The notes under the pieces were generated by a model, which searched no databases, was not told the DNA's origin, and worked only from the letters and a program-made list of their open reading frames with translations. DNA of 64,000 bases, from the IMG/VR virus record IMGVR_UViG_3300033146_005641, positions 119,352 through 183,351 of that record. One strand, 5' to 3'. Source of the stretch: a virus (taxonomy: Duplodnaviria; Heunggongvirae; Uroviricota; Caudoviricetes). Of this stretch, positions 10,176 to 18,715 are shown in pieces; position 1 is the first letter of the stretch; each line of letters starts with the position of its first letter. A program made the position numbers and the translations under genes.

Positions 10176-10802
10176 ATGAGGTTTAGAGACACTAAATATG
10201 GTGATTTAACAGGACAAACCTATGAAGGTAATATTAGTGTAGAGGATTTAAGTCTAACTTCTCTAGAAGGCGCTCCAGAGGTAGTTAATGGTAATTTTGA
10301 TTGTTATAATAATCAATTAACTTCTCTAAAAGGAGCTCCAGAGGTAGTTAGAGGAAATTTTAATTGTTCTAACAACAATTTAGCCTCTCTAGAGAGAGCT
10401 CCTAAGGTAGTCGATGGTAATTTTTATTGCTCTTACAACAATTTAACCTCTCTAGAGGGGGCTCCGGAGATAATTAATGGTAATTTTTATTGTCATTTTA
10501 ATAATCTAACCTCTCTAGAGGGTTCTCCTAAGGCAGTTAATGGTATTTTTTATTGTTATAATAATAAACTTACTTCTCTAGAAGGAGCTCCAGAGGCAGT
10601 TAGAGGAGATTTTAGTTGCTCAGATAACAATTTAACTTCTCTAGAAGGAGCTCCTAAGGTAGTCGATGGTAATTTTTATTGCTTTAATAATCGACTAGTT
10701 TCTCTAGAAGGTCTACCATACTCTAAAAATGTTAGTTCAGATTTTAGTAAATTAGAAGTTGATGAGTATATGAAGGATGTATTTCCTTATCATTTTATCT
10801 GA
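10176..10802 (+). CDS. LTSLEGAP 21-aa repeat protein (leucine-rich-type repeats), paralog family member
   Basis: N-terminus MRFRDTKYGDLTGQTYEG, then tandem 21-aa units NxLTSLEGAPxxVxGxFxCxx, then C-terminal ...DVFPYHFI. Confidence 0.7.
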   Translation: MRFRDTKYGDLTGQTYEGNISVEDLSLTSLEGAPEVVNGNFDCYNNQLTSLKGAPEVVRGNFNCSNNNLASLERAPKVVDGNFYCSYNNLTSLEGAPEIINGNFYCHFNNLTSLEGSPKAVNGIFYCYNNKLTSLEGAPEAVRGDFSCSDNNLTSLEGAPKVVDGNFYCFNNRLVSLEGLPYSKNVSSDFSKLEVDEYMKDVFPYHFI

Positions 10803-10854
10803 TTTTAAGTCTTATTACACTATAATATATTATATAAAGAGAGAAGGATAGAAA
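10785..10854 (+). promoter_or_regulatory. junction cassette (encodes ...PYHFI stop, promoter, RBS, ATG)
   Basis: CCTTATCATTTTATCTGATTTTAAGTCTTATTACACTATAATATATTATATAAAGAGAGAAGGATAGAAAATG. Confidence 0.55.
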
Positions 10855-11862
10855 ATGAATTTAGAAAAAATTAGAGAAATTGAAAAACAATATAATATTA
10901 AGATTATCTATATTACAGTGAGCGGTTCTAAATTATATGGTACAGATAATGAAAACTCAGATACCGATTATAAAGGAATTTTTATTCCTTCTGTAGAAGA
11001 CGTTTTACTAAAAAGAGATAAATCCTCTATAGATCTTAGCACAAATAAAACAAACATTAAAAATTCTAAAGAGGATGTAGATATTACTTTACATAGTATT
11101 CATAGTTATTTTAATCAGCTATCTAAATTCGAAACAGGTGCTGCAGATGTTCTTTTTAGTATGTTTAGAAAAGACACTATCATTTACGAAACACCCGAAT
11201 CTAAAACTATTAAAGATAATTATAAATTATTTTTAAATAAAAATATGAAATCTTTTATCGGATATGCTTTAGGTCAAACTAAAAAATTCGGAATTAAGGG
11301 AGCTAGATATAATGAATTAGATAATTTTGTTAAATGGCTAAATTCAGTTGACAAAGATAAATCTATTAAATTAGAAAATTTATTTGATGATATTAAAAAT
11401 TATATTAAAGAAAACAACACAAAATATATCAAATTTGTTAAAACACAAGGATCTAACAATGAAATTTGGGATTATATTTCTATTCTTGGTAAATTATTTC
11501 ACGGTAGTGTGACTCTAGAATATTTTATAACAAGAATTAATCAACTATATAATCAGTTTGGTAATAGAACAAAAACTATTGCTAGTACAGATTCTAAAAC
11601 GGACTTTAAAGCATTATCTCACGCATATCGCGTAGCTTATGAGGTCGAAGAACTTTTAGAAACTAGTTTTATTAGATTTCCTTTAAATAGTAAAAAATTT
11701 ATTAAATCTATTAAAGAAGGTAAACAAAGTTATGAGGGTGTTGTAGAAATAGTTCAACAAATTTTAGAACGTGTAGACCTTTTATTATTAGAATCTAAGC
11801 TGCCCGAAGAAGCGAATAGAAAAGAAATTGATAAAATCTTACTAAATTACTATAAATACTAA
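10855..11862 (+). CDS. Pol-beta-type nucleotidyltransferase-fold protein, unknown substrate
   Basis: hG[GS]x9-13DhD signature: ITVSGSKLYGTDNENSDTDYKGIF. The C-terminal two thirds are predicted helical. Confidence 0.5.
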   Translation: MNLEKIREIEKQYNIKIIYITVSGSKLYGTDNENSDTDYKGIFIPSVEDVLLKRDKSSIDLSTNKTNIKNSKEDVDITLHSIHSYFNQLSKFETGAADVLFSMFRKDTIIYETPESKTIKDNYKLFLNKNMKSFIGYALGQTKKFGIKGARYNELDNFVKWLNSVDKDKSIKLENLFDDIKNYIKENNTKYIKFVKTQGSNNEIWDYISILGKLFHGSVTLEYFITRINQLYNQFGNRTKTIASTDSKTDFKALSHAYRVAYEVEELLETSFIRFPLNSKKFIKSIKEGKQSYEGVVEIVQQILERVDLLLLESKLPEEANRKEIDKILLNYYKY

Positions 11863-11873
11863 AATGGAGAACC

Positions 11874-12875
11874 ATGAACTACAATAAGTTTTCAAAACCT
11901 AACCTAATACTAGATATACAATACAATTTAAGAGCTAAGCTCGATACAGGATTGAGATGTAATTATAATTGTTTCTTTTGTTATTATAAAAATAATCTTA
12001 GAGATCCTGAACTTTCTTTAGAAGAAATTAAAAAAAGAGCACAAATCTTAAAAGAATCAGGAATGAAGGAGGTAGACCTCTCAGGAGGAGAATCTACTAT
12101 TCATTCGAAATGGTTCGAAATTTTAGAATATTGTAATGAGAATTTTGAGAAAGTGTCTTGTCTAAGCAATGGTTCAAAACTAAAATCAAAAGATTTTGCT
12201 AAAAAATCCTTAGAAAAAGGATTAAAAGAGGTATTATTTTCTTTACACGGCTATGATGAAAAATCTCACGATGAGATAGTCGGTCATAAAGGTGCTTTTA
12301 AAAACATCATAAACGCTATCAGAATATGTCAAGAGATTGGTATTGATGTTAGGATTAATTGTACAGTAACCTCTAAAAATATGAAAAATTTAGAAACGTA
12401 TTCTAATCTAATAAAAGATTTAAACCCTTCTCAATTAAACTATCTACCCCTTAATTACTGGGATGATGCTAAAGACTCTAAACCTGAAAAATATGGAGAA
12501 TTATCAACATATATTAAACAATCTATAGATATTTTAGAAAACTCAAATATAGAAATTAATGTAAGATATATTCCTTATTGTTTTATGGAGAGATATGAAA
12601 AATATGTTTGCGATACGTATCAACATATTTTCGATTTAAAAGATTGGAATATTTTAGTCTATGATTTAAAAGAACCTAAAAATTTCACCCTAGAAGAAGC
12701 TTTTAATGAAGCTTTTAATAAAAGAAATTATACTTATTATAAACCAAAAAAATGTTTCGAATGTAAGTTTTTTAAAATTTGTGATGGAGTAGAAAATAAT
12801 ATTAAAGATACTCAGGATGTTTATCCTATAAGAGGAAAGAAAATCGAGAATGTAGTGGAATTTAGAGTTAATTAG
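11874..12875 (+). CDS. radical SAM enzyme, viperin-like
   Basis: CNYNCFFCYY (CxxxCxxC) and LSLEEIKKRAQILKESGMKEVDLSGGEST. Compare viperin CNYKCGFCFH and [29 protein letters not shown] as recalled from memory. Downstream LSNGSKL, SLHGYDEKSHDEI and NCTVTSKN also echo viperin segments. Confidence 0.65.
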   Translation: MNYNKFSKPNLILDIQYNLRAKLDTGLRCNYNCFFCYYKNNLRDPELSLEEIKKRAQILKESGMKEVDLSGGESTIHSKWFEILEYCNENFEKVSCLSNGSKLKSKDFAKKSLEKGLKEVLFSLHGYDEKSHDEIVGHKGAFKNIINAIRICQEIGIDVRINCTVTSKNMKNLETYSNLIKDLNPSQLNYLPLNYWDDAKDSKPEKYGELSTYIKQSIDILENSNIEINVRYIPYCFMERYEKYVCDTYQHIFDLKDWNILVYDLKEPKNFTLEEAFNEAFNKRNYTYYKPKKCFECKFFKICDGVENNIKDTQDVYPIRGKKIENVVEFRVN

Positions 12876-12921
12876 TTTTTAAGCTATATTATTATATAAT
12901 ATAATAACTGAAAGGAAGAAC

Positions 12922-13113
12922 ATGATAATTTATTTTATTGGTATGAGTATTTTATTAATTTTGGGATTAGCAAGTTTAGTAATTTCTAAAGACGATGAAT
13001 GTAATATATGCGTTTTACCTTGCGTTATAAGCGCATTAGTTTTTAGTCTTACTTCTTGGGTAGGTATTATTTTAATACTTTTAAGGAATATTAGGAGAAT
13101 TTGGTTTGAATAA
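12922..13113 (+). CDS. small hydrophobic protein
   Basis: 63 aa, two predicted transmembrane-like segments. Confidence 0.3.
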   Translation: MIIYFIGMSILLILGLASLVISKDDECNICVLPCVISALVFSLTSWVGIILILLRNIRRIWFE

Positions 13114-13288
13114 TAAAATATTTACAAATATTAAGAATAATATTATTTTAAAGTATGAGGTGATGCTTTGGTGGTTTCATAAGCCTGATGAATATTGGTT
13201 AGAAGTAGTAAAATTTTTAATATTTTTACTAGCTATTACTTTATTATTTTCATCATCTTATTACATTACACATAATATTTTATTTTAA
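13106..13288 (+). CDS. small hydrophobic protein
   Basis: 60 aa, hydrophobic core LEVVKFLIFLLAITLLF. Confidence 0.3.
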   Translation: MNNKIFTNIKNNIILKYEVMLWWFHKPDEYWLEVVKFLIFLLAITLLFSSSYYITHNILF

Positions 13289-13298
13289 AGGAAGAAAA

Positions 13299-13451
13299 AT
13301 GAGTTTTGACGATATTGCAAAACGGCTAGGTATGAGAAAATCAGAAGCTGTTAAAATTTACGAGAGAGCTATGAGGAAACTAAAAATGCCTTCAAAAGAT
13401 AATCAAAAATTCTGGGAATATGTACATATAAATGAACATAGGGATAATTAG
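13299..13451 (+). CDS. 50-aa stand-alone sigma-70 region 4.2-like HTH protein
   Basis: Below the ORF-track size cutoff. AAAGGAAGAAAAATG RBS. MSFDDIAKRLGMRKSEAVKIYERAMRKLKMPSKD aligns residue-by-residue with E. coli sigma-70 [33 protein letters not shown] (recalled). Confidence 0.5.
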   Translation: MSFDDIAKRLGMRKSEAVKIYERAMRKLKMPSKDNQKFWEYVHINEHRDN

Positions 13452-13572
13452 TGGATGAAGATTTATTCGAATTAATGGACAGGCAAATTAGAAAACAAGG
13501 TCTGGATGACATATACGAAAATATCATGAATGAAATAAAGAGATTATGGGTGTCTTTTAATAGTTATTTTTT

Positions 13573-13851
13573 ATGAAAGATTTAAAAATATATATTAAAC
13601 AAGATGGAATGTATAATACCCTAGAAATAGTATTATCTAATATTCCCGTAGAAGATGTTAAAGACTGGTATAGTTTCGGTAGTCATAAAGAGTTTTCAAA
13701 TCTTATGGAAGCCCTATTATATATTAATAGTGTCTTTTTATCTGACACAGATTCTGCAGACTGTGTTAGAATTATAGATAGAAAAATTTCCGACGAGATT
13801 ACAATAACTAAAAAACAAATAAGAGAAATGTATCCTCAACATTTTATATAA
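13573..13851 (+). CDS. hypothetical protein ending ...YPQHFI
   Basis: 92-aa ORF with a C-terminal tail of the PQYFI family. Confidence 0.45.
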   Translation: MKDLKIYIKQDGMYNTLEIVLSNIPVEDVKDWYSFGSHKEFSNLMEALLYINSVFLSDTDSADCVRIIDRKISDEITITKKQIREMYPQHFI

Positions 13852-13860
13852 AGGTAAATA

Positions 13861-15354
13861 TTGGATAAAATAACAGCTATTAGAGAGTTAGAAAATCATA
13901 TAGAAATCCTTACAAACAAGAGCGAAGATATTAAGAATCTGGACAGACTATTATCCGCACTTAGACCTGGACACGAGTATGAACCTAGATTTCAATCAGG
14001 AGCATCTGACGGTAGAACCAGATTCTATCAAACTCAAAAAATGGAAAGAGGTGTTCTTTTTATAATACCCAGAGGGTTTAAAAAGAGATTATTAGATAAT
14101 ATTTCTTTTGATTCATCATCTCTTCTACCTCCTGATAAAATTTCAGAAGAGGATAAAGAGATATTAAAGTCTATAATAAACACCTTACCCTTTAAGCCTA
14201 GAAAATATCAATTAAAATCTGTGATTCAGTTTATAGAAAATCATAATTATTTAGCTAGTATGTGTACAGGTTCTGGTAAATCTCTAGTAGCATATCTAAC
14301 TATGAGATTTTTTTACGAAAGAGGTATGAAAGGTATTCTTTTAGTTCCAACTATTTCTCTTACTATGCAAATGTATGGAGATTTTAAGGATTATAATGCT
14401 CCTGAATCTTTTTTAGAGAATATAAAACTAGTCGGCGGTGAGAATAATGATAAAGAACTAAATAAACCTCTTATTATAGGAACGTATCAAAGTCTCGTTA
14501 AAGTTAGGGAAAATATGAAAAGCTATAATTTCATTTTAACAGATGAAGTACATTTAGCTTCTGCCGAAAGTATGCAACTAATCCTAGAACAACCTTTTAA
14601 AGTTAAACTAGGGATGACAGGTAGCGTTCCTATTGTTACTGTAGATAGAATGGCGATTGAACAGATATTCGGCGAACCGGATTTTATAGTAACCGCTAGA
14701 GAATTGATGGATCTAGGATTATTAACGGATAGTACTATAACACCTGTGTTCTTAAATTATGAAAGAAGACAGGATGGTCTTCGAGCAGGATTAAAATATC
14801 AGGATGAGGTAAAATTTATCAAGCAATCGGAATCACGAATGAGGTTTATTAAAACTTTTTTAGATAAGTTACCCGGTCTTACTGTTTGTTTATATGCTCA
14901 CAATGAACACGGTGAAAACACATTTAGATCTCTTACCGGAATAGATATAAAACCTAATGATATCGAAACAATGAAAAAATATAATGTTTTCTTAATCAAC
15001 GGAAAAACTAAAGGTAGGATTAGAGAAGAGATACGATTATACACTGAAAACATAGAAAAAGGTGTTATAATAGCTAACTATAAAGTATTTAGTACAGGAA
15101 TAAATCTTCCTAACTTAACAAATATCATATTATTAAGTAGTACTAAAAGCTATGTTACTATTCTACAAAGCTTAGGTAGAGTTTTTAGAAAAAAACAAGG
15201 TAAAATTAAAGCTAGAATTTTTGATGTTGTGGATAATTTTCCATATGCGAAAGAATCCTATTCTATGAAGCATTTCTGGGAGAGATTATCAGCCTATAAT
15301 CAAGAGAATCACACTATTATTGAAAAAGAGATAGATATGAGGAGATATAAGTGA
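13861..15354 (+). CDS. SF2 DNA helicase (UvsW-like), apparent TTG start
   Basis: Motif I CTGSGKS, Ia LLVPT, II TDEVH, III MTGS, VI QSLGRVFRKKQGK. AAAGG RBS sits 6 nt before TTG. Confidence 0.65.
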   Translation: MDKITAIRELENHIEILTNKSEDIKNLDRLLSALRPGHEYEPRFQSGASDGRTRFYQTQKMERGVLFIIPRGFKKRLLDNISFDSSSLLPPDKISEEDKEILKSIINTLPFKPRKYQLKSVIQFIENHNYLASMCTGSGKSLVAYLTMRFFYERGMKGILLVPTISLTMQMYGDFKDYNAPESFLENIKLVGGENNDKELNKPLIIGTYQSLVKVRENMKSYNFILTDEVHLASAESMQLILEQPFKVKLGMTGSVPIVTVDRMAIEQIFGEPDFIVTARELMDLGLLTDSTITPVFLNYERRQDGLRAGLKYQDEVKFIKQSESRMRFIKTFLDKLPGLTVCLYAHNEHGENTFRSLTGIDIKPNDIETMKKYNVFLINGKTKGRIREEIRLYTENIEKGVIIANYKVFSTGINLPNLTNIILLSSTKSYVTILQSLGRVFRKKQGKIKARIFDVVDNFPYAKESYSMKHFWERLSAYNQENHTIIEKEIDMRRYK

Positions 15355-15474
15355 AAAGTATAATTAAAAGGGTGCGGAGCTTGAAAATGATTTTCTAATA
15401 TGTACTAAAATTATTAAATAAAGAAAAAATTAAGAATAATTACATATAATAATATTACTTACGAGGAGAATAAA

Positions 15475-16164
15475 TTGTTAAATAAAGAAACTTTACAAAT
15501 TTTACAGAGTATAACAGGAATTACTAATTCAGCTATTATTACGTATCCTATTACTACTATTCAAAATTATAATAAAAATGTAATAGGTATTATCGATTTT
15601 AGCGTAAATGAAGATGGTGGTTGGGAAGAATTTGGAATTTTTGATCTTTCTAATTTTTTAAATGCTTTAACTGTATTAAATGATCCTAAGATTATTTTAG
15701 AAAATAGTACTATAATTGCTAAAGATGAAGACAGTGAAATTCAGTTTGTAACCAGCTATCCAGATGCTTTACAGGATTTTACTACTAGTCCGAACAAAGT
15801 AGAAACTACTCTAGCCGTTGATTCTGTTGTCGAGGTAGATGTTTCCGTAGATACCATTAATAGAATTAGAAAAGGTGCCAACGTCTTTAAAACTCTTAAA
15901 GATTTATTTTTAGTAAAAGAGGGTTCAGAGTTTTATATTAGAACAGGAAATAAAAACAAATTTAATTCTAAAGAAAATTCATATTCTATTAAGTTGGAGC
16001 CCGAGTTGATTAAGGGTGATGATTTTGAGATTGCTATTCCTATTGACAATTTCTTAACTCTTCCTCAAATTGATTTTAAATTAATGATAAAAGAGAAAAA
16101 CGGACAATATAGAGTTACTCTGACTAATAAAATATTTAAGTTTGTTTTAAGTACGGTTATATAA
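15475..16164 (+). CDS. 45: DNA polymerase sliding clamp (T4 gp45 homolog), apparent TTG start
   Basis: MLNKETLQILQSITGITNSAI... and IFDLSNFLNALTVLNDPKII match T4 gp45 MKLSKDTTALLKNFATINSGI... and IYDLNGFLGILSLVNDDAEI. Length is ~229 aa versus 228 aa. GAGGAG RBS lies upstream. Confidence 0.8.
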   Translation: MLNKETLQILQSITGITNSAIITYPITTIQNYNKNVIGIIDFSVNEDGGWEEFGIFDLSNFLNALTVLNDPKIILENSTIIAKDEDSEIQFVTSYPDALQDFTTSPNKVETTLAVDSVVEVDVSVDTINRIRKGANVFKTLKDLFLVKEGSEFYIRTGNKNKFNSKENSYSIKLEPELIKGDDFEIAIPIDNFLTLPQIDFKLMIKEKNGQYRVTLTNKIFKFVLSTVI

Positions 16165-16217
16165 AATATAACTGGCATTAGTGATTATCTCTATGTAAGG
16201 CCAATAAAAAACGAGTC

Positions 16218-16266
16218 AAAGCTAGTTAGCTTTTAAAGAACCGGTAGGTTAGAGGAAGTCTCCTCA
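16218..16266 (+). promoter_or_regulatory. two hairpins in the gp32 5' leader (possible terminator and translational operator)
   Basis: AAAGCTAGTTAGCTTT (16218-16233) then TTTT, and GAGGAAGTCTCCTC (16253-16266), ~25 nt upstream of the gp32 RBS. Confidence 0.35.
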
Positions 16267-16289
16267 CAAGTAAAATTAAAGGAACTTAA

Positions 16290-17213
16290 ATGGATTTTTC
16301 ATGGGAATCAATGCAAGCAAAACTAAAACCAGTATTCGAAGAGAAATCGGGTTTTAAAAAGAAAGAGGTAGATACGCGTTTCTGGACACTATCTAAAGAC
16401 GAGAATGGTAATGGAGCAGCTATAATTAGATTTTTACCTGATCCTAACGAAGAACTATTTGTAGAAATGTCGCGAATTAATGCTCAAAGAAAACAAAAAG
16501 GTTTTTTCGTAAGTGAGTGGTCTCCTATTACTATCGGTTTACCCGATCCGTTTAATGAAAGGTTTTTAGAATTATGGCAGAAGGGTGAAAAGGAAAAAGC
16601 TAAGCTTTTAGGAAGATCTGATCGATATATTACTAACATTAAGATTATTAAAGATCCAGCTAATCCTGAAAATGAAGGTAAAATCTTTTTATTCGATATG
16701 TCTAAGACTATGTTAAATATGTTAAAAGAGGTAATGGTTGAAACAGATCAGATGAGGGCTCTAGGAGAAAAACCTATTCCTGTATTTAATCCTTTTGAAG
16801 GACATAACTTCTTAATTAAGTCTAAAATAGGCGAAAATAAAATCATTACATATTCTAACTCTAAATTTGCAGACTCTCCTTCAGCAATTTATGATTCTGT
16901 AGAGGCGGCAGAGAAAGATATTATAGAAAATGCACATAAACTCTCAGAGTTTAGAGATCCTTCATTCTTTTTATCATATGACGAACTTAAAGATCTTTTA
17001 GATAGATTTCTAAAAGAGGGTAAATATGCATCAGATGATAATAATCAACCTAAAAAATCAGATGAAAAAACATCAGAAAATATTGAATCTACAACAGGCC
17101 TATCTCTTAAAGAAAACAATTCGGATACAGAGGTATCTAAAGATGATGAACCTAAGCAAGAATCAAAATCCGAAGACGCAGATCTCGACGATCTCTTAGC
17201 AGATTTAGGATAA
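16290..17213 (+). CDS. 32: ssDNA-binding protein (T4 gp32 homolog), Cys-free
   Basis: NGNGAAIIRFLP versus T4 AGNGQAVIRFLP; DPANPENEGKIFLF versus DPENPENEGKVFKY; acidic C-terminus DADLDDLLADLG versus DDDLASLLNSL. No cysteine anywhere, so the Zn subdomain ligands are absent. Confidence 0.85.
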   Translation: MDFSWESMQAKLKPVFEEKSGFKKKEVDTRFWTLSKDENGNGAAIIRFLPDPNEELFVEMSRINAQRKQKGFFVSEWSPITIGLPDPFNERFLELWQKGEKEKAKLLGRSDRYITNIKIIKDPANPENEGKIFLFDMSKTMLNMLKEVMVETDQMRALGEKPIPVFNPFEGHNFLIKSKIGENKIITYSNSKFADSPSAIYDSVEAAEKDIIENAHKLSEFRDPSFFLSYDELKDLLDRFLKEGKYASDDNNQPKKSDEKTSENIESTTGLSLKENNSDTEVSKDDEPKQESKSEDADLDDLLADLG

Positions 17214-17219
17214 TTTTAA

Positions 17220-17240
17220 GTCGGAGAATATTTCTCCGAC
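17220..17240 (+). terminator. perfect 9-bp stem hairpin after gp32 (GTCGGAGAA TAT TTCTCCGAC)
   Basis: Inverted repeat seen directly. No strong T-run follows, so it could be an RNA-stability or processing element rather than an intrinsic terminator. Confidence 0.4.
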
Positions 17241-17258
17241 TAACGATAAAAGAGAAAT

Positions 17259-18287
17259 ATGAAAAAAACAAGTTTAATAGTTGATGCTAGTCCTGTTTTT
17301 TATCGTTTCGCTTACTCTAGCGTCTCCTACGCAAAAAACAAACTAAAACTCAAACCTAGTGAGGATGGTATATATCCTTTCAATGAATATAAAGATATTT
17401 TTATATATTCGGTAATCAATACTATTTCTACTATGAAACAAAAATTCTTTGCTGATGAAATAGTGTTAGCCATAGATACTAAACCCTATTGGAGAACCGA
17501 TTTATGGAAGGGATATAAACACGGTAGAAAGTCTAATGATAGGTCCGGAATAGACTGGAGTGCTTTAGGCGACACTATCCGAGAGATTTTAGATATATTA
17601 GACGAAAGCTCTAATATAAGAGTTATACGAATTCCTGGTATTGAGGGTGATGACATTCTATTTGTTTTGAGTGAGGAATTAAGTAAAAGAGGAAACGATG
17701 TAATAGTAAAATCTATAGATCACGATATTTATTATTGTCTAGCCTATGAAAATGTAAAATACTGGCAAGTTAAACATAGTGTAAAAGATAAAAAATGTGG
17801 ATTCGTTCAATTTAATGAATCCGAACTAACTAAAATGAAGTTCGAACATGTCTTCTTCGGAGACCCTGGAGATAGTATTTTTCCTGTAACAGCATTTACT
17901 CAATTTTCTAAAAAGTTTAGAGAAATATATCCTGAAATGACTGAGCTAAAAGTATGGCCTAAAAGATTTGAAATAGATCAAGCATTTATCCAAAAATATG
18001 GAGAATCAGCATATAAACATCCTAGATTTGGTGCTAAATCCTATTATAAAAAAAGAGATAAGGAAGGATTTACTGATGAAGATTTTCTAAATAGAAATCC
18101 TATTCATAAATTAAATTTAGAACTAAATAAAAAAATATCTCTTCCTGAATATATTCCTAATAAAATAAAAAAAGAAATTATATCTGAATATGATAAAGAA
18201 CATCCTGAAAAAGATGCAAAAAGACTAAATGAATATTTCCTTCAAAATAATCTATTTAATCTGATAGGTAAGATACCTCAACTTTAA
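17259..18287 (+). CDS. rnh: RNase H / 5'-3' flap exonuclease (T4 rnh homolog)
   Basis: IVLAIDTKPYWRTDLWKGYKHGRK versus T4 IVLCIDNAKSGYWRRDFAYYYKKNR; IEGDDILFVL versus YEADDHIAVL; FFGDPGDSIFPV versus ILKGDKKDNVASV. Confidence 0.8.
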   Translation: MKKTSLIVDASPVFYRFAYSSVSYAKNKLKLKPSEDGIYPFNEYKDIFIYSVINTISTMKQKFFADEIVLAIDTKPYWRTDLWKGYKHGRKSNDRSGIDWSALGDTIREILDILDESSNIRVIRIPGIEGDDILFVLSEELSKRGNDVIVKSIDHDIYYCLAYENVKYWQVKHSVKDKKCGFVQFNESELTKMKFEHVFFGDPGDSIFPVTAFTQFSKKFREIYPEMTELKVWPKRFEIDQAFIQKYGESAYKHPRFGAKSYYKKRDKEGFTDEDFLNRNPIHKLNLELNKKISLPEYIPNKIKKEIISEYDKEHPEKDAKRLNEYFLQNNLFNLIGKIPQL

Positions 18288-18305
18288 TAGCTTTTTAAGT
18301 TGAGG
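18276..18305 (+). terminator. hairpin CCTCAACTT..(12 nt)..AAGTTGAGG overlapping rnh stop
   Basis: 9-bp inverted repeat followed by TATAATATAATATAATATATAAAATATG (promoter-like) before the next gene. Confidence 0.4.
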
Positions 18306-18345
18306 TATAATATAATATAATATATAAAATATGATAAGGAATGTC

Positions 18346-18612
18346 ATGAAATATATTGTCGAATGCGGAAAAGAGGATGATGAGTTTGTTACAGTTATTC
18401 CAGATTTAAATTATACTTCTACATATGGTAAGGATGAAAAAGAATCACTAGAAAATATTAAAGAAGCAGCTCTTTTATATCTAGAAGGCTTAGAAGAACT
18501 ACCCTCTACAGAATTTATTTCAAATAAAAAAGAAGAAAATATAAGGGTTATTGAGATAATAAAGGATAACGATGAATTTAAGATTACAAAAATTTCTAAA
18601 CTTTCTAATTGA
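18346..18612 (+). CDS. HicB-like (UPF0150 family) protein, orphan
   Basis: MKYIVECGKEDDEFVTVIPDLNYTSTYGKDEKESLENIKEAALLYLEG fits the HicB N-terminal pattern MKY..ie.e..g.y.a.vPdL.gc.t.G.T.eEAl.n.keAl.l.le. Start moved to 18346 (AAGGAA RBS); the ORF track gives 18331. No HicA-like ORF is adjacent. Confidence 0.5.
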   Translation: MKYIVECGKEDDEFVTVIPDLNYTSTYGKDEKESLENIKEAALLYLEGLEELPSTEFISNKKEENIRVIEIIKDNDEFKITKISKLSN

Positions 18613-18715
18613 ATTATTTAATAGGAAGGATAAAATAGAAAAAACAGAAGATGAGCACGAAAATATGTTTAATAATGAAGTTATAGTATCTGATAGAAAA
18701 TTGTAGGAGAAAAAA

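Noticed and set aside
10176-10802. Diversity-generating retroelement targeting the repeat genes.
   Set aside because: No reverse-transcriptase motifs (YxDD) are seen in any ORF in the window, and there is no template-repeat/variable-repeat pair with adenine-specific differences.
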